Shown here one piece after another: positions 59,556 through 64,000 of a stretch of 64,000 nt of DNA (its first letter is position 1; each line of letters starts with the position of its first letter). The notes beneath the pieces are model-generated. The model was given only the letters and a program-made list of their open reading frames with translations, was not told the DNA's origin and did not search any database. This DNA is from Candidatus Saccharimonadota bacterium (lineage in GTDB: Bacteria > Patescibacteriota > Saccharimonadia > Saccharimonadales > JACDBH01). The stretch is taken from the NCBI GenBank assembly GCA_028289135.1, contig JAQGGW010000003.1, positions 2,015 to 66,014 of the forward strand, given 5' to 3'. The position numbers were made by a program, and so were the translations under genes.

Positions 59556-60252
59556 ATAGAGCCTCCTCAAGAGATTTGCCAGCATGCGTTACAAGGCTCA
59601 TAACGTCGCGGTAGCTTTGGCGCGTTGGGCCAAGAATGCCAATGTAGCTGCGGTCGCTGTAGGGGCTGCGGAATTTGGAAATAATAAGCGTACAGCCACT
59701 GTTGCGGCCAATCGGGTTCTCGCGTCCAATATAAACGCTCAGTGGGTCGTTTGGAGCGGCTTCGCGGAGCCATGGCTCAAGGTTGTCGAGCAGCTGGGCA
59801 ACTTCTTGGACTTGGCCGGGGTGCATAAATTCTGGCTGGCCAAATAGGTTAGAAAGCCCCGACATATAGAGCTGGTTGCCAAGAGTAGCCAAACCCAGGT
59901 TGCCCGTTAGGTTTACAAGCGTATCAACGGCGTTCCGGATGGTGCGTTCTGGCAAACCGCCATCAGCCACACGGGTAGCTAGCGCGCGTTCTGCACGGCG
60001 CTCGTCTGGAACTTCCGTAGCTTCGGCAAGGTGGTTAACATAATAGCGGTAGCCTTTGTCGGTGGGGACGCGGCCAGCGCTGGTGTGCGGCTGGCTAATA
60101 AAGCCGTGGCGCTCAAGCTCGGCCATTTCGGCACGAATGGTGGCACTAGAGACATGAAACAGCTTCGCGAGCAGGCTGGACCCCACAGGGCTAGCAACTT
60201 CGGCGTATTCTTCGACAATTGCCAGCAGCAAACTTTTTTGGCGTTCGGTCAT
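59548..60252 (-). CDS. hrcA: Heat-inducible repressor HrcA (short form)
   Basis: PVGS, SSATIR.EM, QPHTSAGRVPTDKGYR, GILGPTR. Confidence 0.95.
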   Translation of the reverse strand: MTERQKSLLLAIVEEYAEVASPVGSSLLAKLFHVSSATIRAEMAELERHGFISQPHTSAGRVPTDKGYRYYVNHLAEATEVPDERRAERALATRVADGGLPERTIRNAVDTLVNLTGNLGLATLGNQLYMSGLSNLFGQPEFMHPGQVQEVAQLLDNLEPWLREAAPNDPLSVYIGRENPIGRNSGCTLIISKFRSPYSDRSYIGILGPTRQSYRDVMSLVTHAGKSLEEALYE

Positions 60253-60273
60253 GATAATGGTTATTATAGACTT

Positions 60274-60300
60274 TTAGCACTCGAGAATCAAGAGTGCCAG
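60274..60300. promoter_or_regulatory. CIRCE operator upstream of hrcA
   Basis: TTAGCACTC-N9-GAGTGCCAG. Confidence 0.88.
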
Positions 60301-60301
60301 T

Positions 60302-60622
60302 TTAATTTCCGAATTCTATATAGCCGTCACCACCTGCCGCTGTATCGCCCTTAACAATCGTCACATGCGCCGGGTTGGTGATTTTACCATTTTCAGCTTC
60401 CACAATAATCCGCTGGCTATCAGCGGTAGACTGGTAAACTGCTGCAGGAATAAAGGCCGCTACAGCTAGCAGCCCTGTTAAAACAAAGGCGATAATAATA
60501 AACCGGTTCCGCTGCACAACATCTTCGTAATGCATTTCAAAATTTCCAGTAATAACAGCCGGCCGGTCAACATGGGCCTGATATTTGTCGGTGCGCTTAC
60601 GTAAGCGTCTTAATGTAGCCAT
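60302..60622 (-). CDS. Single-TM protein with short CBM-like beta tail
   Basis: TM followed by VEAENG...AGGDGYIEF. Confidence 0.55.
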   Translation of the reverse strand: MATLRRLRKRTDKYQAHVDRPAVITGNFEMHYEDVVQRNRFIIIAFVLTGLLAVAAFIPAAVYQSTADSQRIIVEAENGKITNPAHVTIVKGDTAAGGDGYIEFGN

Positions 60623-60655
60623 AAGCTGTATTATCCCACATTAGTACTATAACGA

Positions 60656-61408
60656 CTATGCTGCAGCTAAGAAGAGCTGTACATCGACCAAAAGCTGTTC
60701 GGCATGATCGCGGCCGAGCTGCTGTTTTTCGCCGTCAAGCTCGCGGCCATTGGCAATTTCGTCAACCGCTTGGGCGGCTTCGTGGATTTCGTGGTTAATA
60801 ACAAACTGGTAATAATCCTTTTTAAGCGCATCACTAATTTCGAGTACCGCGCTTTCTAGACGGCGCCTTAGCTCGGCCGTATCCACATCACCGCGGCGGC
60901 GGATTCTTTGCATCCATTTTTCAAAGCTAGGTGGGAGTAAAAATACACAGAGTGTATCCGGCTTATACATGTGATAGGTGGCAACTCCTTTATTCTCAAT
61001 TTCGCTAATTGCAATCTTGCCGGTTTTCATGGTGTCTTCGAGCCGGGTTATGTTTACGCCAGAAACCTGCTGTTGGTGAATGATAGCGGCTTCAAGGTAT
61101 TTGCCTTCTTTGAGCCCTGTTAAAAATTCTTCTTCATTAATAAACCAGTACTCCGCGCCGTCGCGCTCCATGACATTGTCATTCTTGCGTTTTTTGCGGG
61201 TAGTATCGGATACGACATAGTGGTAGCGGTCAGTCTGGGTAAGCAGCTTAATAAGCGTATTGCGACCGGCTGCAGTTGGACCAGCCAGGATCACAAGGTG
61301 AAGGTTGGCAAGCAGCTCAAGCGTTTTTTCACTTGGGCGATAGTCCTTTAATATATCCTCAAAATCACTCAAATAATGCAATAAAGGTTTTTGTGTTGAA
61401 GTTTCCAT
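60656..61408 (-). CDS. Guanylate-kinase-like protein
   Basis: GPTAAGRNT, SDTTR..R..E.DGAEYWF, FLLPPS, RRL..A..E. Confidence 0.82.
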   Translation of the reverse strand: METSTQKPLLHYLSDFEDILKDYRPSEKTLELLANLHLVILAGPTAAGRNTLIKLLTQTDRYHYVVSDTTRKKRKNDNVMERDGAEYWFINEEEFLTGLKEGKYLEAAIIHQQQVSGVNITRLEDTMKTGKIAISEIENKGVATYHMYKPDTLCVFLLPPSFEKWMQRIRRRGDVDTAELRRRLESAVLEISDALKKDYYQFVINHEIHEAAQAVDEIANGRELDGEKQQLGRDHAEQLLVDVQLFLAAA

Positions 61409-61470
61409 ATTAACCCTTATTTATAACAGATTTACTCCTGTAATACTAGTGTTTATGCTATTCTGGGAAT

Positions 61471-61932
61471 ATGAAACAAGCACCAGACTTTTCTTTGCCT
61501 GACCAAGACGGCGCTATGCACAGCCTAAAAGATTACACCGGGAAATGGCTGGTGGTGTATTTTTACCCCAAAGACGATACGCCTGGATGTACCAAAGAAG
61601 CCTGCAATTTCCGTGACGCGCGTGATGCCATTGCCGAGTATGGCAACGCCGAAGTTGTGGGGATTAGCAAAGACAATGTCCGCTCACACAAAAAATTTGC
61701 CGACAAACACAAGCTAAACTTTACGCTTTTAAGCGACCAAGACCACACCACCATCCAAGCATTTGGCGCATGGCAGCCAAAGAAGTTTATGGGCCGCGAA
61801 TTTATGGGCATAATGCGCAACACCTACCTTATTAATCCAGAAGGCAAAATCGCAAAGTCATACGAAAGTGTCACTCCAGAAAGCCATGCCGGCGAAATAA
61901 TCAGCGATCTTAAAGAGTTGCAAGCAGCCTAA
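61471..61932 (+). CDS. bcp: Thiol peroxidase Bcp
   Basis: YFYPKDDTPGCTKEACNFRD. Confidence 0.93.
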   Translation: MKQAPDFSLPDQDGAMHSLKDYTGKWLVVYFYPKDDTPGCTKEACNFRDARDAIAEYGNAEVVGISKDNVRSHKKFADKHKLNFTLLSDQDHTTIQAFGAWQPKKFMGREFMGIMRNTYLINPEGKIAKSYESVTPESHAGEIISDLKELQAA

Positions 61933-62609
61933 AGCTCGATTTTGGTCAGCAGGTCAATAGCCACTTCGCGCGCACGTTCTTGGTAAGCAGGATCTTTTTC
62001 TTTGCCGTAGGCAATATTTTGGAACTCTTTGATCGCCATATTTAGGTCGTCATTAACTAAAAAGTTATAGCTCGGTTCACTCAACGCCAATTCTATCGAT
62101 TCTTTGGCTTCAATCAGGCGTTTTTTTACTTCGCCGTCATAGTTATTCTCTGCGCGGCGCATCCACTCGGTGTAGTTGGGCGGCAGGATATATATTGGCA
62201 CGATGCTATGAAATCCAAGGTTATTAAAAAGATTAAGCAAACTTGCAATTAAAGCCAGCGTGCAAAAACCCTCTTTAGGATAAGCGGTGGCTTTTGTGCC
62301 ATAAAACTCAAATGTTTGGCTAACATAATATTGGACAAATTCGCCGTTTTCCAGCTCTGCCCAAAGCTTGTCGTAGTCGGTCCGGAAGTTGTAGTCGACA
62401 CCGTCTTTTTCTTGCCTGCGCGGCTCACGCGTCACATCGCTCAGCACATATGGGATACCGCTGCTTTCCATGAGAGTTGTTTTGCCGGCACCAGTCGCGC
62501 CAACGGTCGCAATCAACTCCAGCTGCGCCAAATGCGCCTTTACCTCCGGGCTACAAGTGTAACGCGCGCTAAGCTCCCAAGCTTTTTGTATAAATGTTTG
62601 TTTATCCAT
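61929..62609 (-). CDS. Second guanylate-kinase-like protein
   Basis: GATGAGKTT, SDVTR.PR..EKDGVDYNF, YGT, LPP, VNDDL. Confidence 0.82.
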   Translation of the reverse strand: MDKQTFIQKAWELSARYTCSPEVKAHLAQLELIATVGATGAGKTTLMESSGIPYVLSDVTREPRRQEKDGVDYNFRTDYDKLWAELENGEFVQYYVSQTFEFYGTKATAYPKEGFCTLALIASLLNLFNNLGFHSIVPIYILPPNYTEWMRRAENNYDGEVKKRLIEAKESIELALSEPSYNFLVNDDLNMAIKEFQNIAYGKEKDPAYQERAREVAIDLLTKIEL

Positions 62610-62627
62610 TACCCTAATTATACCAAT

Positions 62628-64000
62628 TTAGTCGCGTTTTAGCATGACAGTAAATGCATCCGCAGGTATATCTACCTTCCCAAACCTCTTCATCCGCTCC
62701 TTACCCTTCTTCTGCTTGGCCAAAACTTTTTTCTTTCGTGAGACGTCTCCACCGTAAAGCCCAGTCGTAACGTCTTTTCTAAAGGCAGAAATGTCCGCGC
62801 GGGCAATAAATCTGCCGCCAATGCCGGCCTGTAGCGCCACCTGGAAGTTTTGGCGCGGAATGACTTCTTTTAGCTTTTCAACAGTTTCGCGGCCCAAGCG
62901 GTCGGCTTCGGTTTTGTGCGCCATAACGCTCAGCGCGTCCACCCGGTCACCGGCCACATAAAAGTCGACCCGCACTAACTGTTCGGCGCGGTAATCGTCC
63001 AGCTCATAGTTAAATGAACCGTAGCCGCTAGTGATGCTCTTAAGCTGGTCATAAAAATCGGTCAATAGGTTGGCCAGCGGCGCTTCAAAGCTCACCAGCG
63101 CCAACTGCGCGTCGACATAGCTAACGTTTTTCTGGAAGCCGCGGCTGTTAATAATCAGCTGGATCACCGCACCAACATAATCTTTTGGCGCGACGATTTC
63201 GCCTTTGATCCACGGCTCACGTATCTCGGCGATGCGGGCAACGTCTGGCAGATCGGCGGCGGATTTGATAATTGTTTCTTCGCCGTTTAACAGATGGATA
63301 TGATAATCGGTCGACGGGTTGGTAATGATAATATCGAGTGAATATTCACGTTCCAAACGCTCCTTAACGATGTCCATGTGGAGGAGGCCCAAAAAGCCAA
63401 CGCGGAAGCCAAAACCCAAAACTGGTGAACTTTCGGGTTCGTACACCAAAGCCGAATCGCTAAGCGATAGCTTTTCGATTGCGTCTTTTAGGACGTTGTA
63501 GTTTTCGTTGCTGTCCGGGAACAGGCCTGCGTACACAAATGGCCGGACGTCTTTGTAGCCTGGCAAGGCCTGGGTTGCAGGAGATTTGGAAAGCGTGACA
63601 GTGTCGCCGACTTTTGCTTCGCGGGTGCTTTTGAGGTTGGTTACAACGTAGCCAATTTCGCCGGCGTGGAGTTCTTTGGACGGTGACAAGTTAGGATTTA
63701 GGCTGCCGACTTCAAGCGCCAAGCCGTTCGAGTCAGCCGAGATCATATGGATATGGTCGCCCTTTGCAATCGTGCCGTCAAAAACACGGACATACAAAAT
63801 AACCCCGCGGTAATCGTCATAGTAGCTGTCAAAAATTAGCGCCCTGGTTGAAGCGTCGAGGGTGCCCCGCGGTGACGGCACCAGCTTAACAACCGACTCC
63901 AGCACCGTATCGACGCCCATGCCGGTTTTGGCACTAATGAGTAAAATATCTTCTTTTTTGCAGCCCAGCAGGCTGATTACTTCGGCACTGACCCGCTCCA
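62628..64000 (-). CDS. lepA: Elongation factor 4 (5' end beyond the window)
   Basis: ISAKTG, GFR.GFLGLLHMDI..ERLERE, YGGDVSRK.K. Confidence 0.96.
   Translation of the reverse strand, partial: ERVSAEVISLLGCKKEDILLISAKTGMGVDTVLESVVKLVPSPRGTLDASTRALIFDSYYDDYRGVILYVRVFDGTIAKGDHIHMISADSNGLALEVGSLNPNLSPSKELHAGEIGYVVTNLKSTREAKVGDTVTLSKSPATQALPGYKDVRPFVYAGLFPDSNENYNVLKDAIEKLSLSDSALVYEPESSPVLGFGFRVGFLGLLHMDIVKERLEREYSLDIIITNPSTDYHIHLLNGEETIIKSAADLPDVARIAEIREPWIKGEIVAPKDYVGAVIQLIINSRGFQKNVSYVDAQLALVSFEAPLANLLTDFYDQLKSITSGYGSFNYELDDYRAEQLVRVDFYVAGDRVDALSVMAHKTEADRLGRETVEKLKEVIPRQNFQVALQAGIGGRFIARADISAFRKDVTTGLYGGDVSRKKKVLAKQKKGKERMKRFGKVDIPADAFTVMLKRD

Overview
Chromosomal window from a small-genome bacterium, most likely a Candidate Phyla Radiation member of Saccharibacteria (TM7) type. 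This is an inference from gene style: HTH-MurA fusion, compact type IV pilus locus, short TsaB, and many apparently leaderless starts; TGA is used as a stop, so the standard code applies. It holds housekeeping genes (murB, glyA, murA, rny, tsaB/E, recX, recA, ruvABC, yebC, comEC, def, hrcA-grpE-dnaK, dnaJ, lepA), a type IV pilus cluster (pilB, pilC, two tandem pilins, pilM/N/O), seven intact tRNAs and four CIRCE operators. No rRNA, CRISPR array, transposase or prophage was seen. The most unusual signals are non-coding: (1) a ~90-130 nt multi-hairpin element with compensatory base changes at two tRNA loci, one copy splitting a duplicated 5' half of tRNA-Lys; (2) a 28-29 nt REP-like hairpin family (CCCC-N6-CAGG-N6'-GGGG-ACCC) in three covarying copies; (3) five 120-190 bp intergenic palindromes, two clearly homologous; (4) a synonymously recoded duplicate of the pilC 3' end upstream of the pilin pair; (5) HNH and LAGLIDADG-like genes abutting tRNAs. 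All protein calls come from motif recognition by eye; no database search was run.
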